The translations under genes were made by a program, and so were the position numbers. The notes under the pieces were generated by a model, which did not search any database, had not been told where the DNA came from, and saw nothing but the letters and a program-made list of their open reading frames with translations. Below, one piece after another: positions 39,518 to 52,869 of a DNA stretch of 64,000 nucleotides; the first letter of the stretch is position 1; the number at the start of each line of letters is the position of its first letter. Location: the NCBI RefSeq assembly GCF_036321535.1, contig NC_087437.1, positions 57,228,001 through 57,292,000 on the forward strand, read 5' to 3'. The stretch comes from Camelus dromedarius (Eukaryota).

Positions 39518-41095
39518 CATTTTTTATTTTATACTTTTACTGACATGTAATTGAGAAAAATGGAAAGATGAGTAGAAAATGCAACTGATTTTTCATAAAC
39601 TGAACACATATATGATCAGGACCCATAGTAAGACACACAACATTACAAGCACCTAGGAAGCTCCCTTCATTGCACAAGAATAAAAACTGTCTTGACCGCC
39701 AGCACAAATAGATTTCCAGTTATTCATAACCTGACAAAAGTTTAATATTGTTCCCTTTTTAAAATTAATCCATTTTGGCAATTATGTAGCTGTATTGCAT
39801 TTTGGCTTTAATTTGCATTTCTTTTATGACTAATTATTGAGTATCATTCCATTTGTCTGTCTTTTGTAAAATGCCTTTCAAATCTTTGCTCACCATTTTT
39901 CTATTGGCTTGTCTGCCATTTTACCATTGTTTTGTTTTATATGTTTTAGATATAAGACCTTTGTCACAGATAATGTATTGCAAATATTTCTCTTACTCTG
40001 TCTCATTTTCTTAAAGTTGTCTTTTAATAAACATTTGCCCTTGATTTTAATTTGTCTGATTCATTTTTTTTGTCTACCAATTTTTGTGTAGCCTCAGTTC
40101 ATCAGTTCATCAATAAATTCTCCTGTATTGTCTTCTAAAATCTTTATTTTATATTATTTTTATATCTGTTACTTACCTATATAATAAGTTAGTACTTGCA
40201 TATGGCATGAAGGATATGGCCTTTGTCATAACTTAGGTGACCATATATGTATGTTCTGAACTCTCTACTTTTTGCCTGTTTATCTATCCTTGTACCACTA
40301 CAATACTATTAGTATAGCCTTGCAATAATTACTGATATCCACTCATGTAAATCTTCCATATTCGTTTGTCTTTAAAATTGCCTTCTGTTTCTTTGCTATT
40401 TGTGTTTCCAAATAAATTCAGAATTAGTTTTTAATAATCCCCTACAAAAACTAACTTTTGGGAGTTTTGGTTTCTTATCGACATTGCATTTTTAATCTAT
40501 ACATTAATTTGTGGTAAATTGACATTTTTATATGTTGTCCTTCAATCCATGAACATGGTATTTCATTACATTTCTTTAAATTTTCTTTTATTTTTGCCTA
40601 TAATATTTTGTAGTTTTCTGGTAACAGTCTTGCATATCCTTTGTTAAATGTAATTCCTGAGTATTTTTATGGTATTTTAAACAGTATTCATTTAAAAAAA
40701 TTTTTAATGTTGCCACTGTATTTCAACACAATTACTTTATTGACATTGTGTTCAGCAATCTTTCTTACTACATTCGTTTATAAATCTTTAGTTTGTATAA
40801 TGTTTAGATTTCTTATATACAAAATAATGTTTTCTGTATATAATTTATAAATGACAATAGCTTTTCTTCTCCTTTTCCATGTGTATGCCTTTTATTTCCT
40901 TTCCTAATTGTAGACACTAGGCTCTCCAGTAAAGAGTTGAAAAGTAGTGCTTATAGCAGGTATTACTGCCTTATGGGATGCTTTCAATAATTCATCATTG
41001 GTATGATGCCTGCTATCTGAAATTTTTAAGATTCCCTTTATCAGATCAAGGTAATTACCCTTTATTTTTAATTTGCTATAATTATCTACCATGAT
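39518..41095 (-). mobile_element. L1ME-like LINE (3'UTR and ORF2), antisense
   Basis: gcattttggctttaatttgcatttctttta; tgtattgcaaatatttctc; ccttcaatccatgaacatggtat; minus ORF 40904-41092 (KLKIKGNYLDLIKGI). Confidence 0.8.
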
Positions 41096-41989
41096 TACTT
41101 AAGTTGACTTTGACTAATACATACAGAAGTTTAAAGAATGCAATGTGTAATGTAACTTCTCATTTGGTAGGTTTCTAGGTGTGTAAAAAACAAAAGAAAA
41201 ACTCAAGTGAACAAAATGCATACATTTATGATATTATAGCAGTAAGACATATTCTTATACTCTATTATCAGTATCTTAGCAGTCCAGCAAGTAAGTGTTC
41301 TTATTTATTCCTATAGAGATCATTTTAATAACTTAAATTACTAAAATGTTATTTTATTGATAATTTTTCTAATTCTTATTACTGAAAGAGTTTAAGAGTA
41401 TTTTTTCCAATGTATTTTAGTTTTATCAGCATTGAAATGAGGATCCTCATTGACTATGTTTTCAATAGACTAAAATGGCAAAATTTAGTTTTCCTATAGG
41501 TGTTAATCTATTTAAAGAAGGTAAGGGAGATCTATCCATACAACTCATTCAGTCAGATTTTTGCAGTAATGGAAACAAACTTTTACATTATATACATTTT
41601 TGTTAGACTTGATTTAAATAAGCAGACAATTTTTGTATCACAGATGTAACCTAAATTAATTATTGCCATGAGATTTAAGGTTTTTTCTTCTAACGTAATT
41701 CAAAACTTAGGATTCATCAGCAGATAAGCTTGCTATATTGGGTCCTTTTTGTGTACTTTATAATCCATCATTCAAAGCAAATTACTTGAATTTCAATGAA
41801 ATTCCAATTTGCTGTGACCTTACCCTGGTGATTTTCAAAATTGCCTTGGCATCATGCCAGCCTAAAAATGCTTATTAAGTGACAGACTTTCCTGCTTAGC
41901 AACAGTAAAAGTAAACAGGATAATTTGTTGATAGGTTTTAGATAAGGAAGGAGATAGATCTTCATCTTGTTTGGATTTCTTTATACTTC

Positions 41990-42055
41990 CTAGTTTTATA
42001 GATGAAGTAACAAAAGTACCAGAGAGACCGACTGACCTCTGCAAGGTCACAAAAT
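41990..42055 (-). mobile_element. MIR core fragment
   Basis: ttttatagatgaagtaacaaaagtaccagagaga...tgacctctgcaaggtcaca. Confidence 0.5.
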
Positions 42056-43426
42056 TTGAAACGTCTTCATTTAACTTATCAAACTGAGAGCACTGAGATT
42101 TGTTTCCAAAAAATGAGAACCCTGATTTTTTAAGATATGTAACAGTGTGAATGTTTACTATAATCCCAGACTCAGGACTTGAACTGTAGCTTTTGCTTCT
42201 ACTGAGGCAATGCATATATATCTGTTTACACACACAGAGATATATATTCACACACAGATATATATTCAGTTAAAATCATGTGGTAGAGGGGGACAAAGAG
42301 AAGAAGGAAATGTGGAGAGAAATTATGGATATTAAATATATTGAAATAAATTGTAGTATCTAAATATCCATGTCTCATTTCTATTCTAATTCAATGGCAT
42401 AATTGCAAAAATATCTTCCAAGACTATATTCTCCTCTTAATTGGCTTTTACAAAATACGTATACATCTGTGTGCTAACAGAGAATATTCACTCTGTAACA
42501 GCCCGCCTTTTACTTATGTAGATTCAAAGATGTAGTCTTAATTAGGAAAAAAAAAAAAAGAATCTTGAAATTTTAATTATTCAGGATCAAAGTGATGTGT
42601 TTTGTGAAGAATGAGATTTGATGGGATTTAAGATAATCAGCAGATCAAAGATTAATAAGTATTTGAATATTTTATTGCATATTACAATGGAATACTTCAA
42701 TAGGAATATTTCTGCTATTCTTCCACATTAAGGAAGACCAGTTAGTTGAAAACTGCACATTTTTCTACTGAAGTAGTTCCAACATTATGAAACAAGAGCT
42801 TGCATTATATAACACTGATTACAAACTACAGAAACATTCCAAAACAAGTCTCACACAACCAAACTATTCTTACATGTTTCTTCCTTTCTGCCCTTTTTTA
42901 AAAAAAGGAGTGAATGTTACATATAAGAATTAAATCTCAACAAAAAATAAATAATTAAAAGCAGATGATAAGGTGAAATGACAGACATCTCGAATACTCA
43001 AAACTAGAGCTGAACCAGTTTATATGATCTAAAAAATATGAGAATATATTAGTAAAATTCCCATGTAAACAGTGAATCTAACTTAGGAATTGCTGCTGCT
43101 AAAGCAGAAATGGTGAGAAAAACTTGTAATTCAGAATACATGTTTCTTTGTAATGGGAAGTAAGTCTGTTATTCTCCTTTAGCTTGGCAGAAATTCCCAA
43201 TTAAGTAAAACAAAATTGACCCTAAGAATAGTCTCTACTGATCTCTTATATTAAATGTTTATTATACTTTGTATTTTTGGCAAAAAAAAAAGTGCATTTA
43301 GTTTTTCACTGAAGCTAACAAAGAAGTAAATGTTTATTCTAATTTTCAAACTCACTCAAACTGAAAACATTCAGCTAAGTAGTAAAAACAGATCAGATTA
43401 TAGTCAATTAAATTTAAAAGCCCCTC

Positions 43427-45146
43427 AGATGGAGTCAACCAAGATGACAACATAGAAGTTGCCTGAATTTCTCTCCTCTCAAGGACTTGCTGATTGTATA
43501 ACTACACATGGAGCAATTCCCTATTAAAGAAATCAAGAAACTAGCTGAGAAAATTCTACACAAATCAAGAATGAGAAAATAACCACATCAAAACAGGTAG
43601 GCAAGATTGAATCAAGAGGAAATAGAAAATCTGAAAAAACCAGTTACTAGTAAGGAAATTGAGTCAATAATCAGAAGCCTCCTAACAAACACAAATCCAG
43701 GACCAGATGGCTTCCTTAGTGAATTCTACCAGACATTCATGGAAGAATTAATATTAAAAATAGAGGAAAAGGGAATACTTTCAAACTCATTTTGTGAAGT
43801 CAGTGTTACCTTGATACCAAAGCCAGAGAAGGTCACTACAAGAAAAGAAAATTACAGATCATTATTTCTGATGAACATAGGTACAGAAACCCTTAAGAAA
43901 ATATTAGCATAAGATCGTATGATCAGCTCAATAGATGCAGAAAAAGGTATTTGACAAAATTCAGCATCCACTCATGATTACAAAAAAAAAAAAATAAGTT
44001 TAGAGAAAACGTACCTCCCATAATAAAGTCCATATGTGACAAGCCAATACCTAACATAATACTCAATGGTGAAAAGCCAAAAGCTTTTCCTCTAAGATCA
44101 GAAACAAGACAATGATGCCCACTTTTGCTACTTTCATTTCACATAGTACTGGGCATCTTAGCCAGAGCAATTAAGCAAGAAAAAAGAAATAAAATACATC
44201 TAAATCAGAAAGAAGTAAAAATTGTCTGTTTGCAGGTGACATAATATTATACATAGAAAATCATAAAAACTGTACCAGATAACTGTTAGAACTAATAAAC
44301 AAATTCAGTTAAATTGCAGGATACAAAATCTGTATACAAAAATCAGTTGCATTTCTATACATTAATAATGAACTATCGGAAGGAGAAATTAATCAAACAA
44401 ACCCACTTACTGTTTACAATGGCATCAAAAACAATAAAATACTTAGGAATAAATTTAATCAAGGAGATGAAAAATCTCTACATTGAATACTATAAAACAC
44501 TGATGAAAGAAAATGAAGAAGACACAAATATGTGAAAAGATATTCCATGCTTATGGATTGGGTACATGCACTCAAGCACACAACTTTTGTGGAAGTTTGC
44601 TGCTAGTCATGAAGAACAGAGCCATTGTTCATGGTTTTAGTGCTTTTCTAAATATGGGAAGATGCAAGAATCTGGGTTAAAGATTTCTCCTGAAAATATC
44701 TGATAGTTTTCTCAGAGCACAGAGCACCTTATTCCTGATCTCTGCCCTGAATTCTCTCCAGGGTGTACTGTTGGTCAGTGACTGCAGTGACTCATGACTC
44801 AGTTCTGGTAGAACTGCGTGGTGAGTGACATTCGCAGTTGGCGATGGTCAGAGGATATACACTTTCAGTCATAAGGTAAATAAGGTCTAAGTATCTAATA
44901 TATATCATGGTGACCACAGTTGGTAACAGTGTAGTATGTGATTGAAATTTGCTAAGAGAGTAGAACCTAAATGTTCTCATACACGCACACAAATGATAAA
45001 TATGGGAGATGATAGACATGTTAATTAACTTCATGGAGAAAATCCTTTCACAACACATATGTATATTGTCATCACATTTTACACTTTAAATATCTTACAA
45101 TTTTACTTGTCAATTAAAATTCAATAAAGCTGAGAGGGAAGAAAAA
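43427..45146 (+). mobile_element. L1 (L1MA/L1MB-type) with 5' end, ORF2 pieces and 3'UTR, multiple internal deletions
   Basis: 5' ggagtcaaccaagatg; ORF 43607-43912 (NQEEIENL...PGPDGF...TLIPKP...ENYR); tttgcaggtgac (degraded FADD); ORF 44314-44535 (IKYLGINL); tail caataaagctg...aaaaa. Confidence 0.88.
44562..44843 (-). mobile_element. MER41-like ERV1 LTR fragment (cetartiodactyl-type) within the L1
   Basis: gctgctagtcatgaagaacaga; ttttagtgcttttcta.atatg.gaagatgcaagaa; cagagcacagag...attcctgatct; one LTR end ...gagtgaca...agttggc. Confidence 0.7.
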
Positions 45147-45233
45147 ATTTAAGGGCTTTCTACAAAGTCATATCTATAGTAAATGTTGATGAATTTTGCA
45201 GCAATTTTGATTTTTGTCATGCACTAAGTTAGC

Positions 45234-45782
45234 TGTGGTGTGATGGCCCGATACCAATTTATGCAGGATTCTCCCATTCACTTATGGGGTTATAAGAGGC
45301 TCATGATACCCAGAGACACCTGCCTGTAGCACTCTGGCTGGGTGCAAGATGTAGGCAACCCCCTTGACAAAAGTGTCCAGACTCACTTTGTGGAAAACTT
45401 GAAATATTCCTTACCGAAACAGCTATTACATAGCTATCGTTTTAAAACTATTCAGCCTCCTCAATGGCACCTCAGTTTTCTTTCTGGAGTACAAATCTGA
45501 TCATTACAGAATGAATGCAGAACAGATCAAATCCAGAGATGACTGCAAGCTATATTCTTTTTCAGTTCCTACCTCTTGTGTAGCTGCACTAGGAGCCCTG
45601 GTTCCCTAACAAACCAGACTCCCAGCACACCAGACTCCCTCTCTTCTGATGGGTTTCTCTTCCTTGTTTGTACCCAGACAGGCTTGAAGCTAACTCCTCT
45701 GCCCAAAAAGCCCAGGAGCAGGCTGTGTTGGCCAGTTCAGTGCTAAGCTGTGGGCACAGGGACTCCCATTTAGCCCTCTACA
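45234..45782. mobile_element. possible ancient LTR of unknown family
   Basis: GC-richer block of about 550 bp bounded by tgtgg...ctaca; no TSD seen. Confidence 0.25.
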
Positions 45783-46599
45783 GTTCTCTGCTTCTGTTCC
45801 ACTGGTGAAAGCAGGGATGGTTTTTTGTCTCATTGCAGTGATAAATTCTAAAATTCTGGTTTGAACTTACGGGGAAGAAAACTGTTTTAGCCTGTAGGTC
45901 AGATAAAGTAACGATTCTATGTGATAAAGGAGAGTTTAATAGAGTACTTGAGTGTGAGGTCAAATGTCTCGCTAATAAGGAAGTGTGTATCTCCTGGCCT
46001 TTGTTTCCTTTGCGCATTTCTTTTCTTCCAGGACCTTAATTTTTAAAAAAAGAGTCTTTCTGGACAAGGGCAGACCCAGCGTTCCTAGAACTCTCTTCTA
46101 ATAGAATTTAAATACTTTGATCATTATAATAATATATCCTGACTTCACTCAAGCTCTAATACATGGACTTTATAAATGCTGTGTTGGAATGTTCTTCCTT
46201 CTCTTTATTTAACTGGAAACTTCTCTTTCTTCTTCAAGCATTAAATTACATGTACCTTTCTTTAGGAATTCTCCCAGAAAAAAAAGTTTCTCAGCAGCCT
46301 ATAAAGAGCTACATTATAGCTTTTGTTAAATTGTATTTTAGCTATTCACTTACAACTTTGTCCATCTCACGTAACTGCAGATTCTTTAAAGAAAAGAACC
46401 ATCTTCTATACATTTCTAAATTTTCATCATCTAATCCTAATGCATTTCATATAATGCTTATCAAATGACTGGATAGTAAGTAGTTATAAGTATGAAATTA
46501 AAATTTAAAGAAAGAGCAGATAAGCTGATTGAATGTTTAAGTGAGACATATTGAGCCCAATTTCCAAAGCAATTGGAAATATGGAAAGATGTAAGACAT

Positions 46600-47035
46600 G
46601 GACTTCATAAAATGCAGACTCTTCCATCTGCTTGTTAAGATCTCCCCTCTGTTTCATCTTAAAGCCTATCTTCCATTACTCTGTTATGCACAATCCATAT
46701 GAACATATTTGTTTCTCAATACATGCCTAAAGTTTTGCTTCTGTGGTTTTGCTCATGCTTTCTCTTAACATGTTTTCCCCAAATCTGTTGCACATTTAAG
46801 GCATGTCAGAAGTCTTACCCCCATGATTTCCTTGTTCTCCATACCCAGTAAATGAATATCACTTATACTTCATCCAAAGAATAACACTAACTTTTTATAA
46901 CACAAATGTCATTTGTGTACAGTGTCTTAACTTGCCTACTGGAGAGTATGTTCCAGAGTAAAGAATGTTTTCTTCATATTTTTATCCATTAGTGTTCTGG
47001 GAACATAGAAAGTTTAAGTACTTTTTGTTAATTTA
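46600..47035 (+). mobile_element. L2 3' region
   Basis: tttgctcatgct; ctactggagagtatgttccagagtaaagaatg...ctgggaacatagaaagtttaagtactttttgttaa. Confidence 0.55.
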
Positions 47036-47044
47036 TGCAGAGTC

Positions 47045-47195
47045 CTGTGATAATGAGTCCCAAATAAAATACAAATTGACTATGTGATCTGGGGTGAGTC
47101 ATTTTTTTTCCTTTGTAGGCTTTTATTATTCTCATTTGTAAATTAATATTATTGAATTAAAATATCTTTAATGCCTTTTCAGCCTCTGATCTTTT
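47045..47195 (+). mobile_element. MIR3-like SINE
   Basis: gactatgtgatctggggtgagtcattt...ttctcatttgtaaa...atctttaatgccttttcagcctct. Confidence 0.6.
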
Positions 47196-48541
47196 ACATT
47201 TTACATATTTTCTTTCAATAAAATCATTGTACATCTTTCCTTTTTTATTCCAAGATTGGAATGTAAGTGTAGGTTTACCATCTCCATACTATCTGAAAGA
47301 ATCATTGTTTTTTTTATGAATGGTTTTGCCTTATAAATGGAAATTACTACTTTTAACATTCATTTATGAGTGCTATGAAACTTTGTACACTAGGAATAAA
47401 TCAGTACATTGAGGCAAAACTAAAACAAGCAATATCAGATTACCTTTATGAATAAGCAATAATGCTACAGCAAAAAAAAAAAAGTGGACTCTTTCTAAAA
47501 TAGTTTCTATTAGCATGATTAATTAGTAAATCTTTTGGCATTAATATTTTAAATAATCTTCATTTTTCACTTAAGAACAAAGGTGACAAATTTTGCTCAG
47601 CTTCTGAGTCTAGGGATGATAAAAAGTCAAAAATCAATTAATTTAGTCTCTCATGCTGTTGGTCTGTGACCTTGAGAACATTTTTTCAATGACCTGATTT
47701 ATCCACTTGTATAATGGATACTATTTGTTTCTCTTACAGTCCCTAAATACTAGATTTAGCTATTTTATGCCAAAAAAAAAAAATAAATAAAAGCATCATG
47801 ATGGAAAATATTTTTTAAAGACACTGTTAATTCAAAAGGGAATTGGGCCCTATGTAAACTTGGATTCTGTTGTTGTTTTTTCTGAGCAACGTTGATAGCA
47901 AGATGTGATCGATTCTTGTCACTGCCATTTCCATGCTGTTCAATCTGAATTTCTACACTACCTTTCGAAAGTGACTGTGCTCTGCCATTCCCCAAGTGTA
48001 CTTTAAGAAATGAACAATTTTCTCTTGGCATTGCACCTTCAATAATTTATGGTAGTCAATGTCTGCTACTTTAGGGAATTCACTAATAAATGTAAATATT
48101 AGTAGAGTCCTTTTCTTAACCTTCCTTGTTTTTCCAAGAACATTTATCTGAGGATCTTAGAATGAGAACTCAATACTTATTTGCTGAATTGAATCACATT
48201 TAGATTGATGGCTAACTACTGGAGGCTTTTAATTAATATGGAGGCAGAAACTTTCTCTTAAATTTGCTCAGTTAGCTGATGAGGCAGACAAGTTTATTTG
48301 CTATTCACAAAGGCCTGAAATCTGCCAATTGTAAATCAACCAAAGTCAGCTGAAGTACAAAAACGCTTCATATTTACTGATGTCTGTGCATAGAAGATGG
48401 AACATATGGAATAGCGTTAGGAAAACTGTTTACCTTCAAAACTGAAAGCCATGGAAATGAAGAGAAAGGAATCCTGGGGCCTCCTAAACCAGAAACCAAC
48501 TAGCATAGTTATTAGTGACCCACTTTTTGGATTTTTTAAAT

Positions 48542-48686
48542 CAGGATTTCTCAAAGTGTGATACCTGGTCCATCAGCATAAGCCCTACCCCAAACTTACT
48601 GAATCAGACGCTGGGAGGAAGACCCACCAATCTGTGTCTTAAGCCCATCAGATGATTCTGATGTACATTAAAGTTTGAGAACCCAT
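48542..48686 (+). mobile_element. MER5A-family short element
   Basis: tttctcaaagtgtg...cccaaacttactgaatcaga...tgattctgatgtacattaaagtttgagaacc. Confidence 0.85.
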
Positions 48687-48934
48687 ATCTTAAACATAGA
48701 GATAACAGTGAGAGAGTTAGGACTTGAACCTAGATAGCCAAAGCCAGGAAATTTAAGTAAATGGAGCAAAAAATATACTATGTAGGGTTACATGTAGCTT
48801 ATAGTCTTTAAGTGCTACCTCTCCTTGAGACGTTCAAGGAGACATGCATTTTAAAAAGATCATCTGGGAAAAAATTGTTACTCTAGTCACTATACTCTCT
48901 GTGCTATTGGGAAAGCTACTTTTTCATTTTCCCA

Positions 48935-49360
48935 GAATAAATTACTGGCCCCATTTCTTATACCTGCCTGCATCCACACCCATGCCATGGCCTCACTCTG
49001 GACAGAGAGTACTGCTCTGTCCCTTGACTGTTGCCCTGGCCACATGACTTGCTTTGAAGAAGATAATATGGATAGATGCAAAAGCATGCTATTTATGCGC
49101 ACAGACCTTAAGAGACATGTTTGGTTTTGCTTGGTCTTTCATGTGTCTGCCCTTGTTGTGAGAACACGTCCAGTTAGCTTGCTGGTCGAATTAGATGCAG
49201 GAAGCTGAGTTGCCCTGCTCACCTACTGATGATGGATAAGTGGAAACAGGATACCTGCCACAGTTGAATCAGAACTGGGTCAGCCAAGCTTCAACCAACC
49301 CAGAGGTCTGAGTGCTATATCCTACTGGGATTTCATGATTATTATTTAGAAAAGGCTATC
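48935..49360 (+). mobile_element. MLT1H/I-like MaLR LTR
   Basis: cccttgactgttgccctggccacatgacttgctttg; agaccttaagagacatg; tgtgagaacacgtccag. Confidence 0.7.
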
Positions 49361-50089
49361 CAGTGAGCCCAATTAGAGAAATTGGGTGGTGGGTAGACAA
49401 GATAATGGTTTTCAAAATACCTCTCAGCTCTAATTTTCATTCACTTGGAAACGGTCTTTAAATAGTGAATTTAGATGTTCTAGTAGAATATAAATTAAAT
49501 GAACGACCTGTAAGAAAGGTCTTTAGGGGGCACATTGAACTCCATCGTTATTGTCAAAATGTATTATACAGTTGACTATGTTTCCAAGAGTAAAAATAAA
49601 GTCTGACTTTAAGTATTATTAATAGGTATTCTTCTTTTTAATTCAAGTACGTTGGCATATCTAAATGTGTACACTGGGATCTTTTAAGATGAAAAAATAT
49701 GTATATACTAAAGACAGAAATAGAGAATGTTAGCATTGACCTGTACAACCATTTAATTCCTCATTACAATAATAGATCTAGAATTTCATAGTATATGCTC
49801 AAAGCGATCAGTAAATGACTGTATCAGGGAAAAACATTCTCATGCTAGCAACTCCTCCAGTTTGGCTCCTGGATACTTCCCCTAACTGATAACTGTTATT
49901 TGCTGCCTGTATTTAAATTAAGTAAATTTCTTGAACTTTCATAGGGAAGGAAGAGTAAGAATAGTTTTTTCTCACTTTGTGGTTCTAGAGTTCTTAGTCT
50001 AATCATGAAAAATAACAAAATAAAGTGAGGCCCACTATTTTCTGAGACTTGACTACTCTGCTTCTCTTCCTTACTTTTGTCTTCATTTA

Positions 50090-50310
50090 TTGAGGTTATT
50101 ATGTAATTATTCTTCTCTGCTCAGTTACTATGTTGAATTACAGTGTTTGATTATCCAGTGTTATATCAATTTTTCATTCCTGGGATAAAATACATATGCT
50201 CATATTTGTGTTATATTTTAAATTATTTACTGGATTCAAATTTCCCAGATTTTATTGAGGATTTTAATATCTACATTCCTGTGTGATATTGACCTAAATT
50301 ATTTTTCTTG
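50090..50310 (-). mobile_element. L1M ORF2 fragment, antisense
   Basis: tgttgaattacagtgtttgatt...cattcctgggataaaatac...tggattcaaattt...attttattgaggatttt. Confidence 0.6.
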
Positions 50311-52869
50311 AAATGTCTGACTCATATTTTTTTAGTTTATTTTTACTTTAGCATAACTTTAGTCTCAATAATCTAGTATTTGATAGAGAAAATAGATATT
50401 CTGGCATATTTTACATACAATAGTGTTTTGTGAATAAAACAATGTTATTATTTAAAAATAATAACATCCAAAAATGATCCCTGGATATAACATCTTTACC
50501 CATTTATCAGCTCTGCAGTTTTTGAATCATTAGTTTGCAATATTATGCAGAGCTTCCATGATATCCTATTTGTTTAAAATTATTGAGTTACCACTTTGAT
50601 TTTTATTCCCAGTAGGTTTTTTGTTGGTTGGTTGATCTGTTGGCTGTTTGGCATTCTTTGGCAGAAAAAATGCTATTTTCAAGCTATATACAGTAAAGTT
50701 CTATGGAAGGATAAATCATTTTATTTATAAGGAGAAATCACTATGTCAGAAAACGAGAGTAGTCAAAATCCTTCTAATCAATGAAATTTCTCTCAGTATA
50801 GACATACAAGGGACACAGTCTATTCAGAGGTTTATGTTGATGAGCAGGGAATCAGAACAGTGTCAGCTTCGTAACTTGATTTTGGAATATCTCATCACTG
50901 GTTTGTTCTTGCAAGGGATCAGAAATATTTGACAGGTTTTGCCTCTGTTCTGTTAGCCATACCCAATTATGTAATTCCTCAGCAAAAAGACAGCCTTACC
51001 CTCAAGAGCATGTTTAGTCCAGTGACCAAAGTTTTGTAGTCTATGAACAGTATTTGGATAAAAATTGCTTATGTTTGGTTCAAAGACTGATTTTCTTAGA
51101 TTCTGTGACTAAGAAAGTCTCCTTCCGAATCACAATTTTTAGATATACTTAATAAGTTAAAGAAGATAATATACGTTTAGCTGATCTGAGAAAACTCTTG
51201 TCTCATCCAGATGGCTTGACATTTTCATGGATCTATAGTCAGATTCATGAGATAGTATAGTTTCTGTTTGGTTCTCAGAGACCAAACTTATTTCTACATC
51301 TTCAAATCTGCAGGAGTACAACATCATAACACCAGATTCTAAGGGTACTTAGAAGTAGTCTATTCCTCTAAAATATTTTATAGCGTAAGAAGAAATACTG
51401 TGGCATAAAGAAGAAATATTTAATATGTCATGCTGAGAAAAATATTTGGCTACTTAAAAAAAAGAACTAGTGCCTCAGTTCACAGCCTTCACTAAAGATA
51501 TTCCCAGTGGATTAAGGAGATAAACACAAACAAAACATAAACAAATAAACAAAATATACAGATAAACCTATTTTGTTGTAAGTCATTCAATCAAATCTGG
51601 ATAACATAAAAATGTTTATCAGATATTGCCCAACTGTCGGGGGAAATAGCAACTATCTCAGTCAGGAACTCTCAGATGATCTCACTGGAAGACTACAGCA
51701 AAATCATCAACTCCTCTCTCCTTTTGTTCCTGTTTGTTCCACACAATTTATATTCAAGAGAACTAACTGAGCATGTTGGACTTTGTTCTGGCTACTCCTG
51801 AGGAGCCAGAGTGTTAACTGAACAAATGCAGTCTCTGCTCCTGCATATTCTAAGTTTAGCAATATTAGACTTAGAGAAATGCAAGTTCTCTAATGGAAAG
51901 GATTAGAGGGTTAGGAATAGGTTTAATTCTGGGAAGTGTCTTTCACAGATTTAATGTCACATTTTCCAGTCTAATTTTTATCAGTAGTAAATCTAGTCAT
52001 TTCATTTACATCTGCTTAATTGCTATGCCTTCTTGCTCAATTGATTCTGAACTCAGAAAGGAAAGAGGGATATCATTTAATAGCTTCTTAAAACCCTAAC
52101 TAAACCAAAAAATCTGTGCAAACATTAAGAATGTGGGGAATGGGACCAGCCCTTGTGAACAAACCAGCAGTGCTTAAGAATGCTAGTATGACCACAGTAC
52201 CTGTGCTGACCCATAAACCTTAGTAAAGTGACCCACGTACTTATGCTTGACAAATTATGTGATTGGTAGTGCCTTCAACTTGCTGATGCTCTTTACAGTT
52301 TAGTGGTTGCCTTTTAGCTGTTGAATATCACGTTACAGTACAACAGAAGTTTACTGCAGACTTGTGTGTGAGCCTCCTCATCTTGCTTGGTCCAGACAAG
52401 ACTAGCTTTTACCTCAGCCAGCTTGGCTTAAGTTGACTGAAATTATTTTTCCGTAAGATTTATTTTAAAACAGGCATGACATATACAAACTTTAAGACGC
52501 TGATGACTGAGACAAACTGAATGTTTTTATTGTGATTCTCAGGCACACCCAAAAGCTGCAGCTTTAAACTTCAGACACAGTGAAGTCCTCTGCCACTACA
52601 GCACCAGTATGTTGAGTACCAAACATCAACAGGTAGTACTTGATCAGTGACCCTAAAGTATATTTCTCTCTATGCTGTTTTTTTTCTCCATTCATGTCCA
52701 AGGATTAAGAAAGAAATGGTGGATGAAATAGTCATTTAGGCACAATTATTATACCCCTCTTCCAGTATGGCCTCGAGTTGGGTCTGGCTTTTTTAGTTAC
52801 CCAAGATTTATCTAAGTGAAGTCAACTTTAGATTTTGGAGACCAGTATGTAGCATCCCCTTCAGAAGGG

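Noticed and set aside
43607..44535. RT-like ORFs as a functional or novel reverse transcriptase
   Set aside because: Ordinary L1 ORF2 relics with stops and deletions; the catalytic FADD reads FAGD
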